From NCBI GenBank assembly GCA_965215185.1, contig OZ244034.1, positions 1,472,001 through 1,536,000 on the forward strand: a DNA stretch of 64,000 nucleotides, in the 5' to 3' direction. Position numbers and translations under genes: made by a program. The notes under the pieces were generated by a model. That model was not told the DNA's origin. It was given only the letters and a program-made list of their open reading frames with translations, and ran no database searches. Shown piece by piece: positions 1-8,623 of this stretch; positions within the stretch are counted from its first letter, which is position 1, and every line of letters starts with the position of its first letter. The DNA comes from Acidimicrobiia bacterium (GTDB taxonomy: Bacteria > Actinomycetota > Acidimicrobiia > Spongiisociales > ZC4RG35).

Positions 1-201
1 GCCACTTCCTGCGTACCGCCTGTTCAGCGCCGCCACCGCTGTCTCGGCTTCACCCACCGTTGCCATCAACTCCAGCGACAAGCGAGGCGCCCACCCTGAG
101 AGACAGTCTGGCACATAAGCCTCGTACCGCCCCCCGCGTCTCTTTCTCGCCACCGAGGCGTCGAACCGGGAGCGCCAGTACCTAGCGACATACCGGCCCA
201 T
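1..201 (-). CDS. Fic family protein, N-terminal part (runs off the window)
   Basis: Not in the ORF track; read manually. RBS GGAGGAAAGG, then ATG at 201: MGRYVARYWRSRFDASVARKRRGGRYEAYVPDCLSGWAPRLSLELMATVGEAETAVAALNRRYAGSG. The YxAYVPD...AE.A...LN pattern resembles actinobacterial Fic N-termini. The catalytic motif lies outside the window. Confidence 0.6.
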   Translation of the reverse strand, partial: MGRYVARYWRSRFDASVARKRRGGRYEAYVPDCLSGWAPRLSLELMATVGEAETAVAALNRRYAGSG

Positions 202-285
202 AACCTTTCCTCCCAACTAACCTAACAACAGCATCAACTCTAACCTTAGCTTACAGAGGTGGAGCGGTCGGTAGGGTTCTCCGGT

Positions 286-771
286 ATGAGCAAACCGGTG
301 GAGTGGGGATCCCTTGAGCTGCCGATCCGGCCCGACACCATCATCTCGGAACCGGCCGAGCCTAGGCGTCCACTTCGGGCCTGCCACCTGCCGGCCATCA
401 TGGATGAGGACGACTGGTTCGATGCCTACCGGTACGCGCTCATCCAGTTCGTAGCCGACTGGAACCACTCTAACGATCCAGAAGCGTTGATCGCTGACCC
501 TCCTGTGTATGAGGGCGATGACTGGCGGCTTCTGCCCACCATCGCCTCAGTGGTGCATGCTCTGGCGGACAGAAAGACTCTGACCGTACCCGAATGGGTA
601 TGGGGACACAAAGCACCCGAAGAATGGGTGGTGTTCTGCGATCCTCCCGGTTCCTATTTCTGGCGGCTGGAAAAGCCGAAGGCACCCTCTACCTGCCTCC
701 ACCATCGGGTCTATTTCAATCCACGGCTGTTGGACAAAGGCACCCCCGACTGGTGGCTGCCCTGGAACTAG
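286..771 (+). CDS. Hypothetical protein, antitoxin-like partner of a DUF6036-type nucleotidyltransferase
   Basis: Trp/Pro-rich ORF (..LIADPP..IASVVHALA..VPEWV..RVYFNPRLL) resembling the partner proteins encoded upstream of DUF6036 genes. It overlaps the start of the NTase remnant. Confidence 0.5.
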   Translation: MSKPVEWGSLELPIRPDTIISEPAEPRRPLRACHLPAIMDEDDWFDAYRYALIQFVADWNHSNDPEALIADPPVYEGDDWRLLPTIASVVHALADRKTLTVPEWVWGHKAPEEWVVFCDPPGSYFWRLEKPKAPSTCLHHRVYFNPRLLDKGTPDWWLPWN

Positions 772-893
772 ACCGACACTCCATCCTCCTGCTCATCCAA
801 AAGGTTGATAAGCAACTGGAAGCCATCACCACCCGGCGGCATAACCTGATGATCGCAGGAGGTGCAGCGGTGGCTTTGCTGTGGGATGATCAG
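753..893 (+). pseudogene. Truncated DUF6036/AbiEii-like nucleotidyltransferase (N-terminal ~47 aa)
   Basis: VAALELDRHSILLLIQKVDKQLEAITTRRHNLMIAGGAAVALLWDDQ has the helix followed by the GGAA.AL motif. Similarity stops just before the expected R.T.D.D catalytic motif, and the frame then runs through unrelated sequence to 1013. Confidence 0.55.
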
Positions 894-1181
894 GTATTTT
901 GCCTTCCTACCCAAGAACGGCCTGCCCCCACTATGAGCAGCACTAGGATTCCTGTGCCGGTCCCATGGTGCTCTTCGACTAACCGTCACTCACCAGCACC
1001 ATCCGAAAAATGACCCATGAATGGCCCTTGACACCCCAATGCTTCGGACAGCGTTCACAGCGTATGAACCTAAAGGGCTCTTCGCGAAGCCTCACCTAAA
1101 GACCCGATAAGGGTTGCTAGTGTTACCGTAAGTGATACCAGACCCCGTCATAACGCCTCTGACCAGGGGAAACAGGGGTTG

Positions 1182-1254
1182 TGGGCGTTGACGGAATCGA
1201 ACCGCCGACCTCTTCCTTGTAAGGGAAGCGCTCTTCCATCTGAGCTAAACGCCC
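1182..1254 (-). tRNA. tRNA-Val (anticodon TAC), CCA not encoded
   Basis: Minus strand reads GGGCGTTTAGCTCAGATGGAAGAGCGCTTCCCTTACAAGGAAGAGGTCGGCGGTTCGATTCCGTCAACGCCCA. Acceptor stem GGGCGTT/AACGCCC, anticodon arm CTTCC-CTTACAA-GGAAG, T-loop GTTCGATTC. Confidence 0.97.
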
Positions 1255-1285
1255 GGCCGTCTCCCTATATTACGACCTCTGTCGA

Positions 1286-1645
1286 TCAGGCGGTCTTTTC
1301 CATCGGCGACAGCTCGTGCACTAACTCCCACAGTTCCTTTCTCGAGGCTTCCACCGGCAAGGATGCCTCATCGGCCCGGGGCCGACCCGGAGGCCTCTTG
1401 CGGTAGTAGGCATTGCCATCCCAGAACAGAATGCCTCCCCAGACCCCGTATTCCATTTCCGTGGTCAAGGCGTACTCAAGGCAAGCCACCCGAGCATTCA
1501 GTGGACAGGTGCCGCAAATCAGCTGGGCGACTCGAACGGCTTCACTTTCGTTGGTGAAGAAGCCGTAAGTCTCAACGGAGCCGTAACAGGCGCCGTTGCT
1601 CTCCAGCGTATTCCTCAATATTTCCAGTCTGGTTGATAGGTTCAT
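1286..1645 (-). CDS. whiB7: WhiB family Fe-S regulator with C-terminal AT-hook (WhiB7/WblC-like)
   Basis: Four Cys, GVWGG turn and AT-hook RKRPPGRPR. RBS GGAGA precedes ATG at 1645. Confidence 0.8.
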   Translation of the reverse strand: MNLSTRLEILRNTLESNGACYGSVETYGFFTNESEAVRVAQLICGTCPLNARVACLEYALTTEMEYGVWGGILFWDGNAYYRKRPPGRPRADEASLPVEASRKELWELVHELSPMEKTA

Positions 1646-1655
1646 TTGTATCTCC

Positions 1656-1684
1656 AAATAAAAAGAGCCGCCTTCCGGCGGCTC
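1656..1684 (-). terminator. Intrinsic terminator (attenuator) in the whiB7-like leader
   Basis: Minus strand GAGCCGCC-GGAA-GGCGGCTC-TTTTTATTT lies immediately before the RBS of the WhiB gene. Confidence 0.85.
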
Positions 1685-1707
1685 CGCAAACGATGGCTGG
1701 TTGTCAG

Positions 1708-1857
1708 TCAGGTCATTGGCTTGTGGTCCGCCCTTTTTCTTGGCAGGATTTCCGCATCATGCTTCGCGCCCGGGAGCGCTGCATGATGGGTGGTCGGCAG
1801 GGTTGACCAGACACGCACAGATGTCGGGCCCATCCCGTGTGCTGTGTGATGCGTCAC
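1708..1857 (-). CDS. Leader peptide (uORF, 49 aa) of the whiB7-like gene
   Basis: RBS GAGGAG, GTG start, VTHHTAHGMGPTSVRVWSTLPTTHHAALPGAKHDAEILPRKRADHKPMT*. It ends 23 nt before the terminator stem. Confidence 0.6.
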   Translation of the reverse strand: MTHHTAHGMGPTSVRVWSTLPTTHHAALPGAKHDAEILPRKRADHKPMT

Positions 1858-1911
1858 AATCGGCTCCTCATTTGTCAGGCCTCTTTCTTTCCTTGATTCG
1901 GCCTCTTATTA

Positions 1912-1949
1912 AGTATGACATCCTTTTAACGTTTTCGTTTCCTATTTTC
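1912..1949 (-). promoter_or_regulatory. Putative promoter with A-rich WhiB7-type element
   Basis: Extended -10 TGtCATACT, with GAAAATAG just upstream of the expected -35 position. The -35 itself is weak. Confidence 0.35.
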
Positions 1950-1973
1950 TTCCGGTTTCTTTTCCGGGGGCGG

Positions 1974-3575
1974 TCAGATCAGGCTGTTGGAAATCGCTTC
2001 CAACCCGCCGGACCGGTCCGATCCCAGATCAACCCGCAGTACCCGGCGACCCACCCTCCGGAGGGCAGAGTAGTCGCCCTCCGCCTGAGCCGAGATCAAT
2101 TTGGCGAAGCCATAATCGGCATCGGGAACTTCGATGTCTAGGGCGGGATCGTCCACAATCTGCAGGAACACCCCGCTCGAAGGTCCCCCTTTGTGTATCT
2201 GTCCGGTGGAATGAAGAAATCTGGGACCATATCCAAAGGTGGTAGCCGCACCACTCATCTGCGTAATCCGGCGTCTGATCCCACCGACCTGCTCCTCCAT
2301 TTCGGCGCCGGGAGGAAGATAAGCCTGGATCCCCAGATACTCTCCGGCTTTCAATTCTTGGATCATGCGTTTGATCATCATCGCGGCTTGGGGAGATTGG
2401 GCGAGTACCAGGTCTTCTCTCACCACCTGCCCCGACCGTCCCATCGCCACCGAAGCCAGCCGTTTGGCTTCTTCCACATCAGGCTGATCGAAGGGGTTGA
2501 CTCGCAGCACCTCCCCAGCCGCCGACACCGCCAACTCAGCGCGGAGAATCTCCGCTCCCATGTCCAGTCGGTCCTTCAAAGCGATTCGCGCCCAAGTCCG
2601 TCCCGGGGGACCCACCGCGGCCTCGCCTGCCAGATCCCATTGTAAGAAGAGCCGGTCTTTTCCATACATACCCGACGGCAAGATCGGCTCCCCTGCCACC
2701 GGGATAATTCCGAGCCCGTTCTTGCCGAGACTCTCGGCCACGAGCTGCTCCATCCAGGCAGGGAAGGCAGACAGACCCTCCGATGTGTGGAGTGTGAGTT
2801 TGTCCATACCGGCCACCGCAGCGGCCCCCAACGCCAATCCCAACCCCACTGCGGGGTTCTCACCGGCTGACCGGCGTCCGTGGTCCGCCATCTCCCGGGC
2901 CCGGCCCAGGAGCGCCGCAAGGTCAACCCCAATCAGGGCGGCGGGAACCAAGCCAAAGACACTGAAAGCTGAAAAGCGCCCCCCTACGTCGGCAGGGGCG
3001 TTGAACACCGCTCGAAACCCCCGTTCGCGCGCCAGTTCGTCCAGGGGAGTGCCGCGGTCGGTGATGGCCACAAACCGGGACCCCTCTCCGGAACTTCGTT
3101 TCCAAAAATGCCGATAGAAGGACAAGGTCTCCACCGTGGTACCCGACTTGGAAGAAACCACAAAGAGAGTGCGGGCCGGATCCAACCGGCGAGTGAGGGA
3201 ATCCACCGCTTCCGGATGCGTGGAGTCGAGGATCGTGAGGCGAGGAAAACCCGCCACCGACCCGAACATCGAGAAGAACATCTCAGGAGCCAGGCTGGAG
3301 CCACCCATGCCCATCAGCACCACATCCTCCACCCCTTCGCATGCCACGTCCTCGGCCAGTTCGGTGATCTCTTCCAACTGCGACTGCATGGTCTCGGCAA
3401 GGTCCATCCATCCCAGCCATTGGTGGGCGGTGGGCGCCGCCTTCCCCCACACCGAGGCGTCGGATGCCCACAGCTTTGACACCAAATCCTCCCTTTCCCA
3501 CCTGCGGACCACTTCGCTCCATCCATCCAACCCAGCCAGGTCGTCGGAATACCGTAGAGGCCCCACAGACATCAT
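1974..3575 (-). CDS. pgi: Glucose-6-phosphate isomerase (SIS-domain type, like the Pgi half of Tal-Pgi)
   Basis: GMGGSSL, SSKSGTTVET, VGGRFSAFS, EQLVAESLGK and NPFDQPDVEEAK motifs. Start placed at the ATGA overlap with the upstream stop. Confidence 0.85.
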   Translation of the reverse strand: MMSVGPLRYSDDLAGLDGWSEVVRRWEREDLVSKLWASDASVWGKAAPTAHQWLGWMDLAETMQSQLEEITELAEDVACEGVEDVVLMGMGGSSLAPEMFFSMFGSVAGFPRLTILDSTHPEAVDSLTRRLDPARTLFVVSSKSGTTVETLSFYRHFWKRSSGEGSRFVAITDRGTPLDELARERGFRAVFNAPADVGGRFSAFSVFGLVPAALIGVDLAALLGRAREMADHGRRSAGENPAVGLGLALGAAAVAGMDKLTLHTSEGLSAFPAWMEQLVAESLGKNGLGIIPVAGEPILPSGMYGKDRLFLQWDLAGEAAVGPPGRTWARIALKDRLDMGAEILRAELAVSAAGEVLRVNPFDQPDVEEAKRLASVAMGRSGQVVREDLVLAQSPQAAMMIKRMIQELKAGEYLGIQAYLPPGAEMEEQVGGIRRRITQMSGAATTFGYGPRFLHSTGQIHKGGPSSGVFLQIVDDPALDIEVPDADYGFAKLISAQAEGDYSALRRVGRRVLRVDLGSDRSGGLEAISNSLI

Positions 3576-4870
3576 TCCACCGGTGCCCCGGGTACAAGGG
3601 AGGCGGCTTTGCCCTCCACCTGCGAAGTCCACACCACCGCTATCTCCTGATCAGCTTCAACCAGATAACCGGGGAGATCCTCGGCCAAACCAGTGAGTTC
3701 GCTCAAATCGAAAGCAATCACCGATTCGGGGGAAACAGTCACCTGAAATGAGTAGGCACCCTGAGCCGCGCCCGACACGGTGACCGCCGCCGGCAGTTCC
3801 GAAGGGTTGAGAAGCCAGGCCTGGTTTTCCCTTTGCTCATCGTCCCCGGCGCCCGGCAGGAGCCAACGCGTGGAGAGCCCCCTCGCCCCCGGACCGACGG
3901 CCAACATACCCTCCCCCTCTATTCGTAGCCCTGCCACCAGCGCAACTGTGCCCGAAACCCGGATCCCTCTCACCCCATCAGGTAGGTCGGACAAGGAAAT
4001 GGACACCAACTGGCCAGGCAGGAAGTCCTCTTCGACATAGCCGATGAACGGGCCGGCCTCGGTGAAAAGGTCCAGCCGGTAAGTGAAGGGAGAGCCAGAT
4101 GGGGAAGCGATGAGCAGATGGGTCTCGGCTTGCCCTAGGAGGGGAACCGGCAACCACCAATCGGTGTGGGGGACCACCCCCTCAATCATTGCCGTCTCAC
4201 CCCTCCCGGTCTGTTGCAACAACAGGGAAACTCGGCCCGGAGAAGAATTAACCTGCGCCGACAAGAACCTGCGCAGCCGCAACGACTCGTCGATACTCAC
4301 ATTCACGGCTTTCCCGGCCGGCACGAAAATCTCTTGCAGTGGGGGCGGGGTGTCTTCTCCCAACTCGCTGGTGATTGCAACCCGGGAGACCGCATCCAAC
4401 ACGTAGGGGTTGTACAGAATCAGATCAAGAGTCTCATCGGCCTGAGTGGAACCGCCCAAAGATATCAACTGATCGGAGGATTCCCCGCACATCCAGGCAG
4501 AGACCGATTGAGGAGCGATGTTCAGCATTCCGGCCCCCGACCACCCCGGGCCACTTTCCACCAATAAGACACTGGTCCCGGACGGCGCTGGTCCCAGCCA
4601 GCCTCCGGTGTCTCCCAAATCCGCCTCGCCGTACGATGACCATTCGCCGCCCGACGCGCGCAATAGTTCTACACCTCCTCCACGGGAGGCCATCAGGGCG
4701 ATCTGAGTGTCGGAGCGGAGAAAGTCGGCCAGCGGGCAAACCAAATGATCCGGCGACCCCGAATAGGTTGACGGGGACTCGGCAGGGGAATCAGTCGGCG
4801 ACTCGACCACAATCGCCCAAGTCAGAACCCCCAACAGCAAACCCATCATCCCAACCGCCACCCCCCTCAT
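3572..4870 (-). CDS. Secreted/membrane-anchored DUF5719-like protein
   Basis: N-terminal TM segment and repeated L.L.NP beta domains. Sits directly after the large GT2, the usual actinobacterial synteny. ATGA overlap at 4870. Confidence 0.6.
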   Translation of the reverse strand: MRGVAVGMMGLLLGVLTWAIVVESPTDSPAESPSTYSGSPDHLVCPLADFLRSDTQIALMASRGGGVELLRASGGEWSSYGEADLGDTGGWLGPAPSGTSVLLVESGPGWSGAGMLNIAPQSVSAWMCGESSDQLISLGGSTQADETLDLILYNPYVLDAVSRVAITSELGEDTPPPLQEIFVPAGKAVNVSIDESLRLRRFLSAQVNSSPGRVSLLLQQTGRGETAMIEGVVPHTDWWLPVPLLGQAETHLLIASPSGSPFTYRLDLFTEAGPFIGYVEEDFLPGQLVSISLSDLPDGVRGIRVSGTVALVAGLRIEGEGMLAVGPGARGLSTRWLLPGAGDDEQRENQAWLLNPSELPAAVTVSGAAQGAYSFQVTVSPESVIAFDLSELTGLAEDLPGYLVEADQEIAVVWTSQVEGKAASLVPGAPVE

Positions 4871-7656
4871 CGAAATGCCCCTCTCCCCCACCATACCAAT
4901 CCCAGCAAAATGGTTACCAAACCTACACCCCACCAACCCATGGCCCGGGCCCATGGATAGGGGGTGAAATACCCTCCACCCTCGGCGCCGGAGATGCTGT
5001 TCCACCATGATTGCTGAGCCCACTGTGGCCCCCAGCGAGGATGCGCATTGTCCCCGATCCGTATCCTTCCCCCGAATTCAGGACCCTCCACCCGGTCGGG
5101 TGCAACTGAATCCCATGCTCCCACGTACGGCCCGTCAGACCTGGGCAGGGCAAGCAGGTTCTCGTATACGGCCGTTTGCTCGGAGACGGCTAGGAGTCGC
5201 AGGTCGACTTGGGCGTTCAACTGCTCGGAGAAGCCGGTGTCCTGGGAGACAACCACCCACCGGATGCCGAAGGGGGCCAAGAGCTCTCCGGGCCGCAGAG
5301 AACGAGACCCGGAGAGCTGGGAGAGCACCTCGGCCAAAGCCTGGTCTCCCACCGCTGGCGGCGCCACCCAGGCCTGCTCCAGTGTCGCAGGTCCGGCCTT
5401 CACCAACCGGTAGGAAAAGCCCTCTGTTTTTCTCGCCATTCCCGGCAGGGATCCCTCCGGCCCGATCAACAACACACGACTACCCGACTGCGGATCAGCG
5501 AGGCTGGAAGCGAAGTCCAACCGACCACTCCATTGGTCTTCTGGTAGCCCCACCCTTCCGTTTTCCAGAGCGGGAAAGGTAAAGCCCAACAATGCCACCC
5601 CGCACAACAGCGTCAGCACACCCCCCAAACGACTGGGCCCCGAATTCTGCCTCCCCCCCGAGCCAACTGCGGCCCCCACCACGGCCCCTGATCCAACCGC
5701 AGCCAGTGCCGCCCCCGCCACCGCCACCTCCCAATCAGGTAGATGTCCCGCCCACAGACCCGCCCCCGCCAAAGCCAATCCAACACCGGCCGCGCCCCTC
5801 AAACCAGCTCCGCCGAGCGCCAGCGCCAAGACGCCGGTCACCCCCACTGCTCCCCAAAAGACCCACTCTGCTTCCAATGACAGATCGGGTCCCCACGACC
5901 AGACATCCCAGCCGTTCGCCCACAGATAGGCACCCACCGTCGACAACCCGGCCACTCCTCCCGCTATCACTCTGGGCAGGGCCCAAAACGGCCAGCCGGC
6001 CCCTGCCGCCCAGCCCAGCAGGACTATCGCCACCGGCACTGCCACCGCCACCGGGGCCGCCGCCGCCACAACCGCGCTAGCCAGGCTAATCATCGCCAAA
6101 TCCCCAATCTGATCACGCCGGCTCTCCGGCCAGGGCCGCACCGCCGCCACCACCGCCCAAGGCAGGGCGCCCAGGGCAATCACTATCGGCCAATAGCCCT
6201 GGGTTAGCACCGACGCGGTGGCTGAGCCCAACAAATAGACCACCGCCCCGGCATAGGAAGCGGAAGCGCTGATCCCCATGCTGCGAAACAACCGGGATGA
6301 CCCCACCAGGCCCCCCAATAGGGCCAAAGCCGTCACCAGCAACTGAGAACCCGGCCACCCCAACATCAGCCAGTGCAAAGCGGAAGTCAGCACCGCCGCA
6401 GGGTGGGGAGGAAGGGTGGTGCCCAATCCCGTGTCGTTCCACCCTCCCGCAAAGGCGGCCAACACCCCCACCGGGTCGTCTCCGGGAGGGAAGGAAAAGC
6501 CGGTGGCCGGTAAGCCGCCCAGCCAGATGCCGCGGCCCGCCGCCGCCAGAACAAGCAGGGACAGCAGAACCGCGAAAGGCGCCCCCCTCCGAAAACGGGC
6601 GGAGACCATCTCTGCCCACGACTGCTCCGCAGGACCGAAGTCCCCGATCTTCCCTCCTATCTGCGATCCCATATCCCGCAAAATCACCGAACCCGAGATT
6701 TGATAGCGAAAGATGTCCTCATCGCCAACCGCCCGGAATTTCTGTACCCTCACACGGGCCACAATGGTGGAGGGAAGTCTCCAGATACTCAAAACCAAAG
6801 CGGCCAGGAAGCCCGCCAGGCGACTCGGGCGGCCCAGAACCAGACTGAAAACTCCCTCCACGAGATTGATAACCACATCGAAGGGAATGGCCCAGGCCAG
6901 GGTCATCAGGCCGTAGACCTTGAACATGGCTCGCATGCGCCCTGCCCTCTCCTCCCAGTCCTCCAAACGGGGGAAACGCCGGGGGGGATATAGCACCTGG
7001 GAAGAGGGCGCCACCACCACCCGCCCACCGGCCAGACGCACACGCTGGCAAAAGTCCAATCCTTGCGAAACCGGGGGAAGTTCTGGATCGAGTCCACCCA
7101 GCACCGCCACCAACCGGCGACGAGCGAGCAGGGAAATGGTCGACAGCGTCGACACCTCCCGGATCACGTCGTGTTGGGCAAAATCCAGTTCGGACTCGTC
7201 CAATCCCGAAGAGGGAACCCCGAACAGGTCGGTGGCGCTGCCTACCGATAAAAGATGCTCGGGGTTCTTGGTGGAGAGAATCTTTGATCCCACTAGCGCC
7301 GCCTGATGATTCACCGCCACCTGCAACATGGCACTGAGAGCTCCCGGTTGAGGTCGGGCATGACCGTCCAGAATCCACACATAGTCAGCTTCGACGGCGA
7401 TGTCCTTCAATGCCTCCTCGAACGTTCCCGCGTGGAGCGCCCCCACTTCCTCGGCCTTTTGCTTGGTGCCGGGGTCTTCGCCGACCACTATCAATTGGGT
7501 GTCTCGATCCTGTTCCGCCACCCCTTCGACCGCCGACTGGAAGTCCTCACCCTCCGCTATGATCACCACTGCGATTCCCGGCGTACGGACCGGGCGTACG
7601 ATGGGATCTGGGGAAGAACCCGCGTTCTCCTTTAACATTGTTTTCTCCATCAACAA
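4867..7656 (-). CDS. Large membrane glycosyltransferase family 2 protein
   Basis: N-terminal GT2-like fold (VGSKIL, LGGLD, DFCQRVRLAG) followed by many Gly/Ala/Trp-rich TM helices. Confidence 0.75.
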   Translation of the reverse strand: MLMEKTMLKENAGSSPDPIVRPVRTPGIAVVIIAEGEDFQSAVEGVAEQDRDTQLIVVGEDPGTKQKAEEVGALHAGTFEEALKDIAVEADYVWILDGHARPQPGALSAMLQVAVNHQAALVGSKILSTKNPEHLLSVGSATDLFGVPSSGLDESELDFAQHDVIREVSTLSTISLLARRRLVAVLGGLDPELPPVSQGLDFCQRVRLAGGRVVVAPSSQVLYPPRRFPRLEDWEERAGRMRAMFKVYGLMTLAWAIPFDVVINLVEGVFSLVLGRPSRLAGFLAALVLSIWRLPSTIVARVRVQKFRAVGDEDIFRYQISGSVILRDMGSQIGGKIGDFGPAEQSWAEMVSARFRRGAPFAVLLSLLVLAAAGRGIWLGGLPATGFSFPPGDDPVGVLAAFAGGWNDTGLGTTLPPHPAAVLTSALHWLMLGWPGSQLLVTALALLGGLVGSSRLFRSMGISASASYAGAVVYLLGSATASVLTQGYWPIVIALGALPWAVVAAVRPWPESRRDQIGDLAMISLASAVVAAAAPVAVAVPVAIVLLGWAAGAGWPFWALPRVIAGGVAGLSTVGAYLWANGWDVWSWGPDLSLEAEWVFWGAVGVTGVLALALGGAGLRGAAGVGLALAGAGLWAGHLPDWEVAVAGAALAAVGSGAVVGAAVGSGGRQNSGPSRLGGVLTLLCGVALLGFTFPALENGRVGLPEDQWSGRLDFASSLADPQSGSRVLLIGPEGSLPGMARKTEGFSYRLVKAGPATLEQAWVAPPAVGDQALAEVLSQLSGSRSLRPGELLAPFGIRWVVVSQDTGFSEQLNAQVDLRLLAVSEQTAVYENLLALPRSDGPYVGAWDSVAPDRVEGPEFGGRIRIGDNAHPRWGPQWAQQSWWNSISGAEGGGYFTPYPWARAMGWWGVGLVTILLGLVWWGRGAFR

Positions 7657-7684
7657 CCGACAATGCTAGGAATGCATAGGACCC

Positions 7685-8623
7685 ATGAACGCTCTTGCTG
7701 ACCAATCGGAACTGGTGCTCCTCTCGGGAGGAGTGGGCGGCGCCCGCCTGGCGAGGGGGTTCTACCAATTGGAGGGCTGGAACACCACGGTGGTGGTGAA
7801 CACCGGGGACGACGACTGGGTGTACGGGGTTTATGTCTCCCCGGATCTGGATACGGTGGTCTACACCCTGGCCGAGGAGGAGGGACCCCACGGTTGGGGA
7901 CAGACCAACGAGACATGGCAGGTCATGGAAGCCCTCTCCCGTTTTCCCACCGACACCGCCTTCCGATTGGGCGACTCCGACCTAGGTCTCAACCTCTTTC
8001 GGACCATGCACCTTCGAAAAGGACAGCCTCTCAGTTCGATCACGGCGCTGATCGCCGCCGCCTTCGGAGTGAGAATCACCTTGCTCCCCGCCACCGACCA
8101 GCCCCTTCATACCAAGCTGCACACCGCCACCGGGGAGTGGCTCGACTTCCAGGACTACTTCGTGCGAAGACAACATCGCGACCCAATCACCCGCATCCGT
8201 TTCGAGGGAGCCGATCGCGCCAGTCCCGCTCCGGGGGTCATAGAGGCGATTCAAGGCGCCCGGGCGGTGATCATCGCCCCTTCCAATCCTCCGTTGTCGA
8301 TCTGGCCGATCCTGGCGGTCCCTGGTATTCGCGCCGCCCTGGAGGCATCGGAGACTGTAATAGCGGTCAGTCCGCTCTTCGGAGGAAAGGCGCTCAAAGG
8401 ACCTGCCGCCGAGGTGATGGCCGGTCTTGGTCTTCCCCCGGGCAACCGGGGGGTAGCCGCCGCCTACCGGGGTTTGCTCTCCGGCCTGGTGGTTGACCGA
8501 AGCGACGCCCAAGACGTCTCCCTCCTGGCGGGAGAAGGGCTGGAGGCATGGGCAACCGACACCCGCATCGCCGAACCCGCCGCGGCCGCCCGACTGGCCG
8601 CCTGGATACTGGAGAGGCTGTGA
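7685..8623 (+). CDS. cofD: 2-phospho-L-lactate/PEP transferase (F420 biosynthesis)
   Basis: LSGGVGGARL, VNTGDD, SPDLDTVVYTLA, FQDYFVR, PSNP and KGPA motifs. Confidence 0.95.
   Translation: MNALADQSELVLLSGGVGGARLARGFYQLEGWNTTVVVNTGDDDWVYGVYVSPDLDTVVYTLAEEEGPHGWGQTNETWQVMEALSRFPTDTAFRLGDSDLGLNLFRTMHLRKGQPLSSITALIAAAFGVRITLLPATDQPLHTKLHTATGEWLDFQDYFVRRQHRDPITRIRFEGADRASPAPGVIEAIQGARAVIIAPSNPPLSIWPILAVPGIRAALEASETVIAVSPLFGGKALKGPAAEVMAGLGLPPGNRGVAAAYRGLLSGLVVDRSDAQDVSLLAGEGLEAWATDTRIAEPAAAARLAAWILERL

Noticed and set aside
5600-6600. Extreme C-rich tract suggesting a repeat or a Pro-rich + strand gene
   Set aside because: Explained by Gly/Ala/Val/Trp codons in the transmembrane part of the minus-strand GT2.
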